The notes: a model not told the origin generated them from the sequence alone. A stretch of DNA of 64,000 nt from Alphaproteobacteria bacterium (GCA_965225945.1 CBDDBZ010000026.1:1-64000), one strand, 5' to 3'. Counted from the first letter of the stretch, positions 7,840-18,902 are shown. Program-made: numbers and translations.

Positions 7840-9250
7840 CTTCTCTATCGCGTCCTCGGTCAAGCCCTTTCTGGTTACGTCATGCCATATTCCTTCTTCA
7901 CGTCGTTCCGCACTGGCGGATGTTGCCGCACGGGGCTCTTGCTTCTCTTCGAGGTTGGCGCGTGGCCACCTCATGATGGGATCAGAGGATGAGGCGGTTC
8001 AATCTTTCGCGCGTCCTTGCCGCCGGTCAGCGGCAGGGTCTACCGACATTACGAACTCACCCCACCCGTCGTCCCCGTGAGGACATCTCTCTGCCTAAGC
8101 AGAACTCGTTGATCTCCTTGTCAGTACAGTCGAAGGTTCAATCCGCCTTGACGGCGTCAGCAGGGCCGTTGCTCCAGCGGAACTCGGTGCCGTCGACCCA
8201 CATGCGGTGCAGAACTACGGCCAGGCGCCTCGCGACGGCGACGATGGCACGGCGCATGCCACGTCGCTGGGCCACTCGCATGCCCCACGCCTTCAGCCAG
8301 GACCATTTCCGGCCGTGGGTGAGGAGGGACTGCGCGGCCTCGTACAGCATCGTGCGGAGCATGCTGTCGCCGCACTTGGACACGCGACCATCATAGTCGA
8401 TCTCGCCGGACTGGAAGCGCTTCGGCGTCAGGCCGACATGCGCGCCGACCGCCCTGGAGTGAACGAAGCGCTGCGGCTGATCGATGGTAGCCCGGTAGGT
8501 CAGCGCGACGACCACGCCGACGCCGGGTGCCGTCATGAGCCGTCGGCAGACCGGGTCATGGCGGACCGTGTCGAGCACCATTTTGTGGAGGACCGCGAAT
8601 TGCTGGCGCATCACTCGCCGGACGGTGAGCAGCGGTTCCACAATAGCGGCCAGCTTCGGAAAGTCTTCGACCAGCTCGCGGATCCGCGCCTCGTACCCGC
8701 GGGTGCTGACCATGCCCACCTTGAGACCGAAGTTGCGCAGCGTCCCGCGTAGATCGTTCTCGACGTCGAGCAGTTTTCTCTGGAGCAGCTTGCGGCTGGT
8801 CAGCAGCATCCGCTGCTCCTGGGCAACCAGGGTCTTCACATGCACCGGCTTGAACAGCCCGACCCGCATCATCTGGGCGATGCCGCGCGCATCGTTGCGG
8901 TCGCTCTTGTTGACCTGCTGCCCCTTGAGCAGTGCTTTCATGTGCCGAGTCTCGACGCAGACAACCGGCAGCCCGGCGGCGGCAAGACCGTTGACCAGCC
9001 ATTGCGAGAGCGGACCGGCTTCGATCCCGATCCGGCCATAGGCCACGCCGATCGAGGTCAGCAGCGTGACGATGTCGTCCGGCTCGGTCGGCACTTTCCG
9101 CTCCAACACCACCTCGCCAACCTCGTCGACGACGCATACCGCCGTCATCGTCGTCCTTCCTCGAAACATCCAGACCTACGAAATGTGCCAATCGTCGTCG
9201 CTCCTTCCTCGATGTTCGAGGTCGGGGCGACCCCGATTCAACGATCATGC
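7840..9250 (-). mobile_element. IS110-family element (boundaries approximate)
   Basis: Transposase plus about 300 nt downstream non-coding end that finishes with an outward-facing TTGACC (7858-7863, minus strand); no target duplication seen. Confidence 0.7.
8138..9191 (-). pseudogene. IS110 transposase, frameshifted near the N-terminus
   Basis: TTG start after AGGAAGGAG gives LAHFVGLDVSRK, then the frame is lost (about 7 extra nt, GACGACG) before MTAVCVVD; GIEAG, KSDRNDA and FQSGE motifs lie in the downstream frame. Confidence 0.85.
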
Positions 9251-9508
9251 GTGAAGGGGCTGCGCTCATACCTGATATCATCAGGCACAGCCCCCGCGAT
9301 ATACCATCTATCGGGGGTAGACTCCCCGTCGGGCCGAGGTGCCGGTCACGCCCGGGTATAGCCAAGGCACTAAATCGCTACGCGATATTTCGTGGGTGAG
9401 GGGTCATGGCGCGCCCAGCCACCGCCGTGGATTTCATCGATAACACTTCGAGCGCTCGTTCCTGATCATTGAGGTCTCGTCGACCTCAACTCAGGAAGGA
9501 GCATCTCC

Positions 9509-10420
9509 ATGACGACGACGATGACCCCATTGCGCCAGCGCATGATCGAGGACATGAACGCCCGCAAGCTGGTGGCGGGCACGCAGAAGGGCCACCTCCA
9601 CGGCTGCGAGCGCTTTGCCGTGTTTCTGGATGGCTCGCCCGATACCGCCGTGGCCGAGGACGTCCGCCGCTTCCAAGTTCATCTGGCGGAGAGCGGGATG
9701 AGCATCTGCAACCGCAACCGGACCATGACCGGGCTCCGTTTTCTGTTCCGCGTGACCTTGCGACGGCTCGATCTCGCGGCGGAGATCTTCCACATCCGCG
9801 AGCCGCAAAGGCTGCCGAAGGTGATGAGCCAGGACGAGGCCAAGCGTCTCCTGGTGATGGCCCGGAACCTGAAGACCCGCGCGCTGCTCTCGCTCGCCTA
9901 TGGCTGTGGCATGCGAGCGGGCGAGGTGGTGCGCTTGCGCGTCGGCGACATCGACAGCGCCCAAGGCATCATCCGTATCGTCCAGGGCAAGGGCCGCAAG
10001 GACCGTAACGTGATGCTGTCGAAGGGACTGCTGGCGTTGCTCAGGCAATGGTGGCGGGCCCGCCCGACCCGCCACGACGCGGGCGTGCCTGCGCAACAGC
10101 GCTGGCTCTTCCCCGGTCGCGAGGCGGGGCGGCACGCCACGACCCGGCAGTTCAGCCGGTTGTTCGAGGAGGCGGTGGCCGCCGCCGGGATCACCAAGCA
10201 CGTGACGCCGCACTCGTTGCGGCATTCCTTCGCCACCCACTTGCTCGAGCGCGGCACCGACATTCGCTACATCCAAGCGCTTTTGGGCCACGACAAGCTC
10301 GACACCACGGCGCGCTATACCCGGGTCGCGACCGGCGCCATCGCCGCCATCGAGAGTCCGCTGGATCTCTTGTCCAAGCCCGGTGGCAAGAAGCGGAAGA
10401 AGGCCAAGCCGTCGGGGTAA
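9509..10420 (+). CDS. Tyrosine recombinase/integrase
   Basis: All catalytic residues visible: GMRAGE, GKGRKDR, HSLRHSFATHLLE, LLGH, TARY; RBS AGGAAGGAG. Confidence 0.93.
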   Translation: MTTTMTPLRQRMIEDMNARKLVAGTQKGHLHGCERFAVFLDGSPDTAVAEDVRRFQVHLAESGMSICNRNRTMTGLRFLFRVTLRRLDLAAEIFHIREPQRLPKVMSQDEAKRLLVMARNLKTRALLSLAYGCGMRAGEVVRLRVGDIDSAQGIIRIVQGKGRKDRNVMLSKGLLALLRQWWRARPTRHDAGVPAQQRWLFPGREAGRHATTRQFSRLFEEAVAAAGITKHVTPHSLRHSFATHLLERGTDIRYIQALLGHDKLDTTARYTRVATGAIAAIESPLDLLSKPGGKKRKKAKPSG

Positions 10421-10433
10421 GCGCCGCCGGGTC

Positions 10434-11676
10434 GTGACAGCCCATGGGTTGGAGGTCGCGGATATCTTCCGCGACTTCGGCCCCGCCTGGCGTCGGGCCA
10501 ATGCCGGCCACGTGAGCTTGCAACAGCTGAAGGTCATGAGCGCCATCGAGCGCTGCCGCACGGCCGCGCTCGGCGGGCACGTCTTGGCCTGCGAGGACTG
10601 CGAGCACACCCAGATCGCCTACAACTCGTGCCGCAACCGCCATTGCCCCAAGTGCCAGGGGGCGGCGGCCCGGGACTGGTTGGCCGAGCGCGAGGCCGAA
10701 CTACTGCCCGTCCCCTACTACCATCTCGTCTTCACCCTGCCGGCCCAGATCGCAGACATCGCGTATCAGAACAAGTCGGTGATCTACGGCATCCTGTTCA
10801 AGGCGAGCGCCGAGACCATGCTCACCATCGCCGCCGATCCCAAGCACCTCGGCGCCAAGATCGGTCTCACCGCCGTGCTCCATACCTGGGGCTCGGCCAT
10901 GACGCTTTACGGCGCCGCGCTCGGACCGGTGGCGCGCCGGCGCCTCACCACATATCCACATGATCGTGCCCGGCGGCGGGGTCTCTCCGGACGGCACGGA
11001 ATGGATTGCCTGCCGGCCCGGCTTCTTCTTGCCCGTCCGCGTGCTCTCGCGCCTCTTCCGCCGGCTCTTCATCGAGAAGCTCGCCGCCGCCCACGAGACC
11101 GAACGTCTGAAGTTCTTCGCCGAGCACGCGGGCCTCGCCGAACCGGCGGCGTTCGGCACCTTCCTCGCGCCCATGCGCAAGAGTGAATGGGTCGTCTATG
11201 CCAAGCGCCCCTTCGGCGGGCCCGAGGCCGTGCTCGCCTACCTCGCCCGATACACCCACCGCGTCGCCATCTCCAACCGCCGCTTGCTCCGCCTCGACAA
11301 CGGCGCCGTTACCTTCACCTACAAGGACTACCGCCGCGACGGCGCCGAGCGCTACGGGACCATGACCCTCGATGTCGCGGAGTTCATCCGCCGCTTCCTC
11401 ATGCACGTCCTGCCCAAGGGCTTCCACCGCATCCGACACTACGGCCTCTTTGCAAACGGCAACCGCGCCGCCAACATAAAACGCGCTCGCGAACTGCTCG
11501 GCGGACCACCGGCGCCCGACGCCAGCGAGGAAGAGGCCTCGGAGCCTCCCGAGGACCAACGCCAGGGCGCCCGACCGTGCCCCCGTTGTGGCGGTCCCAT
11601 GATCGTCGTCGAGGTCTTCGAGGCCGGCTGTCAACCAAAGGCCCGTTCACCGCCGAAGGCCATCGATAGCTCATGA
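10434..11676 (+). pseudogene. IS91-family transposase disrupted by an insertion and frameshift
   Basis: Zn domain CRT..LGG...C..C...YNSCRNRHCPKCQ, HLVFTLP, LHTWG, PHIH, YLARYTHRVAI, IRHYG; about 37 extra nt at 10905-10947 shift the frame. Confidence 0.88.
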
Positions 11677-12053
11677 CACCGACCCAAAACATCAGCCACC
11701 TTCCCCGCCGAGCCTCGGCGCTCGACTTCGCTCGCCCGGGACACCGAAAACGGCGGCATCGTTGGCCGCCCCGGCCCCGCTCGTGCCCCCCTCGGCAACG
11801 CTTCACCGCGCTCGACGATCTCCTTATGGCGCCTCACGCCCCATATGCGGGTCGTCCAGACGACACCACCATCGACGCCACGCTCAAATCCCCATAGCGA
11901 CGCCTGTATCCCGCGATTTCGTGCCTTGGCGCTTCTCGGACGCCGGCAAACACCGCGCCTCACTCCCTATGCCGGCAAGGCATCCGAGAAACCTGCACAA
12001 ACCCGGACATTGACGGCGGCGTTGTGTTAGTCTCTTGTCTGAGGACATCACCA

Positions 12054-15000
12054 ATGGCAGTCGACATTCGTCGGTGGCTGGACGATCTGGGACTTGGCGA
12101 ATACACCAAGGCCTTTGCCGAGAATTATGTCGACTCCGACGTGCTCCCACGTCTCACCAATGACGACCTGAAAGACATAGGCGTTAGCGCGGTCGGCCAT
12201 CGTCGCAAGCTCCTGGACGCGATTGCGGTCTTGGTGGGCCAGGACAGCAGGCCAACAGGCGAAGCCGGCGAAAACCTCGGGGCGCCGGACGAGGCGATAC
12301 CTGGCGTTGAGGCTCTGCGCCGCCAAGTCACGATACTGTTCGCGGACATAGCAGGTTTCACGCGACTATCGAGCGGCCTGGATGCGGAAGAGATCCATGC
12401 ATTGGTAAACGGGTTCTTCACGACCACCGACGCCGTTGTCCAAGAATACGGCGGCAACATCGACAAACACATTGGTGATGCGGTGATGGCGGTCTTCGGC
12501 GCGCCGGTGGCTCATACCGATGACCCGGAATGATCGCTCAGGGCGGCGCTCGCCATACACAATGCCGTCGGCGTACTGGAGCCTCCGTTGGCAGTGCACA
12601 TTGGCGTTGCCTCGGGTCAGGTTGTGGCAGGTGCGACCGGGAGTGCGGCACATCAGGAATACACTGTGACGGGCGATAGCGTGAACCTCGCTGCCCGCCT
12701 GACTGATCTGGCGAAGCCAACCGAGACGCTGGTTTCAGCCTCTGTTCAACGGGCACTAGGCGAACGGTTCGTAGGTGAGCCATTTGGAGAGCAGCTGATT
12801 GACGGTCTCCCGGAACCGATCTCCGTATGGCAATTACGAGACATTTCCAGCGTCCAGGACGGCAGCGCAAGCCATTTCGTCGGCCGAAGCAGAGAACTGC
12901 ACCATTTTACGGCCGCCATCAATCACTGTCTTGATCGCAAATCCGGTGAAACCATCGTGGTGCGTGGCGAAGCCGGGATCGGCAAGAGCCGCCTGGCAGA
13001 GGAGTTTCAGACTATCGCCACCCAAAAAGGCTTCTTGAGCCACGCGGGACTGGTGCTGGACTTCGGCACCGCCAAGGGGCAGGACGCCATCCGGGCGTTG
13101 GTGCGCAGTCTACTGGGCATTACGCCGGGAAGCGGGAAAGATATCGGAACTCAGCAGGCCACGAAGGTCATTGGCGGCCTCCTGTTGCAAGACCATCGCC
13201 GAGTCTACTTGAACGATCTTTTAGATTTGTCCCAGCCGCCTGACCTGCGGGGCCTTTACGATGCTATGGACAACAAGACCCGCAACCGGGGCAAACAGGA
13301 GACGGTGGCCGAACTGATAGAGGCGATCAGCCGAAAGACGCCCCTCTTGTTGAAGATCGAAGACCTGCACTGGGCGGATTCGGTGGTGCTGGCGCATGCG
13401 GCTTCTATGGCGCGTGCCGTGATGGATTGTCCGGCTTTATTGGTGCTGACGACACGCATCGCCGACGACCCTCTGGATCAAGCCTGGCGCGCCGGCACGG
13501 ACGGGTCGTCGATATCCGCCATCGACCTGGGTCCTCTGAAGGCAGAGGAAGCCAGCGATCTATCTCTGGATTTTCCGGGGCTGGACGAGGAACTGGTCCA
13601 GAATTGCATCGCCAGGGCCGGCGGGAATCCCTTGTTCCTGGAACAGCTACTACGTAACGCGGACGAGCTGGATCGCGGCGACATTCCGGGCACGGTGCAG
13701 GGTATCGTACAGGCCCGCCTCGATGCGCTGACTCAAGCGGACCGGGAAGCATTGCAGGCAGCCTCCGTACTGGGTCAGCGATTTTCGCGCCCGGCGATGA
13801 ACGCGCTGATGGAGGCAGACGATTACGATCTGACCAACCTGATGGCGAACGCGTTGATCAGACCCGCAAGGGACGACTTTCACTTTGCCCATGCGCTTAT
13901 TCGGCACGGTGTCTATGCGTCGTTATTGAAGCCGCGCCGCATCGAGCTCCACAGCCGCGCAGCCGCATGGTTCCGTGACGCTGATCTCGTCCTTCATGCC
14001 TAACATCTCGAAAAGGCCGAGGATCGCCGGGCGGCTAAAGCGTATCTCGAAGCGGCGAAGCAACAGGCACAATCATTCCGCTACGACACGGCATTCCGTC
14101 TAATCGAGCGGGCGCTGCAACACGACAGCGACTCGGAGACCCGATTCGAGCTGTCATGCACCCAAGGTGATCTGTTACGCGACTTGGGACGCACCGAAGA
14201 GTCGATCACCGCTTTTCAACACGCCCTCGATACGGCTCAAGACGAAGATCAAGCCTGTCAGCCCAATATTGGCCTATCGAGCGGTATCAGAGTCGTCGAT
14301 CGATTTGAGGAAGCGTTCGACGCGCTTGACACTGCCGAACAACGCGCCGGCGGCTCTGCTTTGCATCTGGCGTCAATTCACTACCTGCGCGGCAACTGCC
14401 ACTTTCCGTTCGGGCGATCCGCGGAATGTCTGGAGGAACATCGAAAGTCCCTCCAGTATGTCCGTGAAGCGCAGTTGGTTCGGCTCGAGGGACAGGCACT
14501 AAGTGGAATTAGCGACGCGCTCTACATCGGCCGACGTTTTAGCGAATGGAGAGAGAGCCTAACGAGCTGCTTTACATTCGCTGACCAGCATCAACTTCAT
14601 GCGCTCAGAGCAACAACCTTGTACATGCGTGCGACATCGTCCATCTGGCATTTGGCGCTTCAGGAGACCATCGCGGATGCCGAAAGATCGGCGGTCATCG
14701 CCAAGCAGATAGGCGACCAACGGTCAGAAACCTTGGCAGAAGCGATTGTCTAGATTGGGCAATACTATGCCGCAGAATTCGACAAAGTCGCAGAGTCGGC
14801 GAGGCGGTCCTTATTGCTTTCCGATGAGATTGGAGCCCACCGATTGTCGTCTATCTCCCTGGTGAATTTGGCCCGAACTAAGTTTCGGCAGGGTCGACAA
14901 CCGGAGGCCGAGAGAATTGCCGCAAAGGCCTTGACCGCAGCTAGAGAAGGCGGAATTACATTTTTTGGTGGAGCGGCACTTGGCGTATCGGCACTCATCG

Positions 15001-15362
15001 CTCAGGACCCAGAAGCCAGGCGTCAGGCCTTGCGTGAAGGTAATGAAATTCTTGACCGCGGTTGCCATGTTACGAACTATTTTGAATTTCGCCGTGATAC
15101 CGCAGAAATTGCCATCGACTCCGGCGAGTGGTCGGAAGCATTGGCACAGGTGGAGGCGTGGCAGTCTGACTTTTTAGAAGAGGTTCCGCCATATGCCCAA
15201 TTTTGGGCGTCCTGGACCAAGGCGTTGGTCAAGTTTGGAATGGGCGACCGCGATCAAGTTTTGGTCGAGGAACTCAATCGCCTGAGGAAGGTGGCGATCA
15301 ACGGAAGTGTCAGAATCGCGTCGCCTCGAATTGAATCCGCTCTGACGGAGCTTGGCGCATGA
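12054..15362 (+). pseudogene. SAM domain - class III adenylate/guanylate cyclase - AAA/STAND ATPase - TPR protein with three in-frame stops
   Basis: WLDDLGLGEY (SAM), ILFADIAGFT and GDAVMAVFG (cyclase), GEAGIGKS and IEDLHWAD (Walker A/B), GGNPLFLEQL; four ORF-track pieces share one frame; stops at 12531, 14001 and 14751. Confidence 0.88.
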
Positions 15363-15378
15363 GCCTCGATGTCCGGAA

Positions 15379-16464
15379 TTACGGTGACAGTGCACTCATT
15401 TGACAGTTCCTCGGCATGGAGGGACGCTTCACGCATGGCCCGTCTCGGTCGGGGCGAAGGGGTCGGGTACGGGGTCGCGTCTTGCATCTTGCATGGGGTT
15501 GCGGCGTTGGGGGTCCGGTCTCGAGATGGCCACTTCTTGCCCCGATCCCGAACCACGCCATCACCCACACCCCGCCCTCGACCCCATGGCGGCGAAACCG
15601 CCCGGGCCGGGGCGGCCGCCGAGGACGCGCCGGAGGCGCGCCGGCGGCGCCGGGCGGAGATCCTTTACGGCCGCCTCGGCCCGGGCGAGCCTGACCCGGG
15701 GACGCGACGGCGGCAACGCGAGGACCGCTCCACGCCCGCGCCGGAGCGGCGTGGAACGACGCCATGGTGACGTCGGGACGATCCGCGGCCTTTCGGCCGT
15801 TCGCGCCCGCCATCGCGATACAAAGTCGTCATTTCGGGCCGATTCAGCTTCATTCACGACAGCTTTTGATGCCCGGATGAGCGCCTTTTGAACCCCCCGG
15901 GCGACGCGCCCCGGACGTATACTTGACATAATCCTGGACCAAACCCACCCGTCCCGAGGGCCCGGCCGGCGGTGGCGGCGGGGCGCGGCGGGGCGCCGCG
16001 GCATCCTGGCGGACGCAGGGCGAGGGCCGAAAACCCCCGTCGATTCAATCTCTTCCGCCCCCGCCGCCACCGCCTTGCGGCGCCTCGCGCGGCACGCCAT
16101 ATAGGAGACATGAACCACACGCATCCGACGCGTTCGGCGATAGACGTTCGCGTAGCATTCCGGCCCGGCGGTGGGGCCGGTTCGCGTCGATTTTCGCGCC
16201 GGCGCGGTGAAGAACCGTCATTCCTCATCATGCACGCGCACGCCGGGGACTCCCGCCCGGCCGAGGCGCGGAATCGCCGCCCGGCCCGCGCCGGATCGAC
16301 GAGCCGGGCGCAACAGGCCTCGCGATACGGTGGGGGCGTTCGGAACAACGTGACCTCCTCGCTTCCGAGGAATCGGATGCGCGGGAAAGCGGGGCGCGCC
16401 CTCCAAAGGTTGACATTCGCCCCCACGGGCCGCTTATTTACCGGACAGTTTACGGTGACAGTGC
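15379..16464. repeat. 15-bp direct repeat TTACGGTGACAGTGC bracketing about 1.1 kb without a credible gene
   Basis: Exact copies at 15379-15393 and 16450-16464. Confidence 0.7.
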
Positions 16465-16487
16465 GCTTAACCTGCTATCCTCGCCCC

Positions 16488-18902
16488 CTACCCTCGCATG
16501 TGCTCGCCGTCGGGATCGAAGAGCGGGCGCTCGATGATCGTGGCGGGGCGCCGCTCGCCCAGGATCTCGATCTCGAACCTCTCGCCCGCCACCGCCGTCT
16601 CCCGGGGCACCAGACCCATCGCCACCGATTTCTCGACATGGTGGGCATAGCCGCCGGAGGTGGTGAAACCCACGACCTCGCCATTCCGCCAGATCGGCTC
16701 GTCGGCCCAGACGTCGCCGTCCAGCGCCTCGACCACGAAGACGGCGAGCCGGCGGGCGGGCGGCGCGTCGCGCTCGGCCAAGGCCACGTCGCGTCCGATG
16801 AAGTCGAACTTGGCGAAGGCGACGAAACGATCGAGCCCGGTCTCGGCCGCCGTATAGTCGGGCCGATATTCCCGCATCCAGGCGCCGAAGGATTTTTCCA
16901 GCCGGAGCGACATCATCGCCCGCATGCCGAAGGGCGTGAGGCCCAGATCCGCGCCCGCCTCGTCCAGGGCGTGATAGAGCGCCACCTGATGTTCCGGCGC
17001 CACATAGATCTCGAAGCCGAGATCGCCGGTATAGCTGATCCGGGCGACGATCGCCGGCACCAGCCCGACCTCCATCGGTGCGACCGAGAGGAAGGGAAAG
17101 GCTTCGCGGCCGACGTCGGCGCGGGTCACCCGGCGCAGCAACGCCCGGGCGTTGGGCCCGGCGATCTGGAAGCCGACACGGGCATCGGAGACGTTGCGGA
17201 TCTCGACCCCGCTGGCCGGCAGGTGCGCCTCGAACCAGCGCATGTGGTAGCCCTGCGCCGCATAGGACGCGGTGAGCTGGAAACGCTCCGGGGCGAGGCG
17301 GGCGATGGTGAAGTCGCCGATCAGTCGGCCCCTCGGGTTCAGCATCGGGCTCAGCACGATCCGGCCCTCGCCCGGCATCCGGTTGGCCATTAGCCCCGAA
17401 AGCCAGACCTCGGCGTCCGTGCCCGTGACCTCGTATTTTCCGAAGTTGTGGATTTCGTTGATGCCGACGGCGGTGCGCACGGCGTTACATTCCGCCTTGA
17501 CCGGCTCGAAGGCGTTGGAGCGGCGGAAGCTCGGTGTCTCCACCAGCGCCTCGCCTGGGGGTGCGAAGTAGTTGACCGCCTCCATCCCGAAGGCCTGGCC
17601 GAAGACGGCGCGCTTGGCCTTCCACAGTCCATGCGCGGGCGTGGTGCGGAACGGACGGGCCGCCGGCAGCTCCTCGTTCGGGTAGGAGACGGCGAAGCGG
17701 CGCCGATAGTTCTCCACCACCTTGAGGCGGGCATAGGTCGGGGTCGTATAATGGGCGAAACGGGCGACGTCCATGGCGAAGACGTCGCGGCTCGGCGTGC
17801 CCTCGACCATCCATTCGGCGAGAATCAGGCCGACCCCGCCGCCCTGGCTGAAGCCCGCCATCACCGCGCAGGCGGCCCAGTAGTTGCGCAGGCCCGGCAC
17901 CGGGCCGACCAGCGGGTTGCCGTCAGGCGCGAAGGTGAAGGGGCCGTTGATCACCCGCTTGATGCCGGCGGTGGCGAGGCAGGGATAGCGCTTCTGCGCC
18001 GCCTCCAGCGGCTCGGCGATGCGGTCGAGCTTGTCGGGCAGCAGCTCGTGGCCGAAGTCCCACGAGGTCCCGTCCACCGCCCAGGGCTCGCAGGCCTGCT
18101 CGTAGATTCCGAGCACCAGGCCGCGGCCCTCCTGGCGCAGGTAGGTCTCGCCGCCCGGGTCCATGATGTGGACCAGTTCCCTCTCGCGCTCGTAAACCTC
18201 CGGCAAGTCGTCGGTGACGATGTATTGGTGCTCCATGGGATGCAGCGGCAGGTAGACGCCGGCCATCGCCGCCACCTCGCGGGCCCACAGGCCGGCCGCG
18301 TTGACCACGTATTCGGCGGTGAAGGTGCCTTCCTCGCTCACCACTTGCCAGGAGCCGTCGGCGTTGGCGACGAGATCCAGCACCCGGTTGCGGAGATGGA
18401 TCTCCGCCCCCTGGAGCCGGGCCGCCCGGGCATAGGCCATCGTCGTGCCCGAGGGATCGAGATGCCCGTCGAGCGGATCGTGGAGCGCGCCGATCACGCC
18501 CGTGGTGTCGACAATGGGGGCGATTTCCGCGATCTCCTCGGGTCCGACGATGCGCGTGTCGAGGCCCATGTGGCGGTGTTTGGCGTGTTCCGCCACCAGG
18601 TGATCCATGCGATCCGGGCTCGTCGCCAGCGTCAGGCCGCCGACGTGATGCAGGCCGCAGGACTGACCGCTGATCTCCTCCAGTTCTTTGTAGAGCCGGA
18701 TGGTGTAGCCCTGCAGCGCGGCCATGTTGGTGTCGGCGTTCAGCGTGTGAAAGCCGCCGGCGGCGTGCCAGGTGGAGCCGGAGGTGAGCTCCGAACGCTC
18801 GATCAGCACGATGTCCTTCCAGCCGAACTTGGTCAGATGATAGAGCACGCTGCAACCGACGACGCCGCCGCCGATCACCGCCACCCGGACATGACTCTTC
18901 AT
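16488..18902 (-). CDS. GcvT-family FAD-dependent oxidoreductase (dimethylglycine/sarcosine dehydrogenase-like)
   Basis: GGGVVG, ELTSGSTWHAAG, GPFTFAPDGNPLVG, GcvT folate domain (ISYTGDLGFEIY, SLRLEK), PLFDP.G..MRG. Confidence 0.9.
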   Translation of the reverse strand: MKSHVRVAVIGGGVVGCSVLYHLTKFGWKDIVLIERSELTSGSTWHAAGGFHTLNADTNMAALQGYTIRLYKELEEISGQSCGLHHVGGLTLATSPDRMDHLVAEHAKHRHMGLDTRIVGPEEIAEIAPIVDTTGVIGALHDPLDGHLDPSGTTMAYARAARLQGAEIHLRNRVLDLVANADGSWQVVSEEGTFTAEYVVNAAGLWAREVAAMAGVYLPLHPMEHQYIVTDDLPEVYERERELVHIMDPGGETYLRQEGRGLVLGIYEQACEPWAVDGTSWDFGHELLPDKLDRIAEPLEAAQKRYPCLATAGIKRVINGPFTFAPDGNPLVGPVPGLRNYWAACAVMAGFSQGGGVGLILAEWMVEGTPSRDVFAMDVARFAHYTTPTYARLKVVENYRRRFAVSYPNEELPAARPFRTTPAHGLWKAKRAVFGQAFGMEAVNYFAPPGEALVETPSFRRSNAFEPVKAECNAVRTAVGINEIHNFGKYEVTGTDAEVWLSGLMANRMPGEGRIVLSPMLNPRGRLIGDFTIARLAPERFQLTASYAAQGYHMRWFEAHLPASGVEIRNVSDARVGFQIAGPNARALLRRVTRADVGREAFPFLSVAPMEVGLVPAIVARISYTGDLGFEIYVAPEHQVALYHALDEAGADLGLTPFGMRAMMSLRLEKSFGAWMREYRPDYTAAETGLDRFVAFAKFDFIGRDVALAERDAPPARRLAVFVVEALDGDVWADEPIWRNGEVVGFTTSGGYAHHVEKSVAMGLVPRETAVAGERFEIEILGERRPATIIERPLFDPDGEHMRG

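Larger units (their letters stand above)
9361..11930 (+). mobile_element. Tyrosine recombinase plus IS91-like (HUH/Y2) transposase unit
   Basis: Two-gene unit bracketed by a 17/18 inverted repeat (9361-9378 and 11913-11930); true ends uncertain. Confidence 0.7.

Noticed and set aside
12054-15362. Stop-codon recoding or an alternative genetic code
   Set aside because: Three different stop codons are involved, and all three are used as true stops by other genes in the window.
15921-15931. dif site (reverse strand TTATGTCAAGT resembles a XerD arm)
   Set aside because: No recognisable XerC arm at the 6-bp spacing; only a half-site.
6664-16480. attL/attR duplication of the tRNA-Val 3' end
   Set aside because: No second copy found by eye in the window.
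15369-17393. ORF-track frames in the 15.4-16.5 kb gap, including the 473-aa frame from 15972
   Set aside because: Low-complexity Arg/Pro/Gly translations without motifs; the long frame runs antisense into the dehydrogenase gene.
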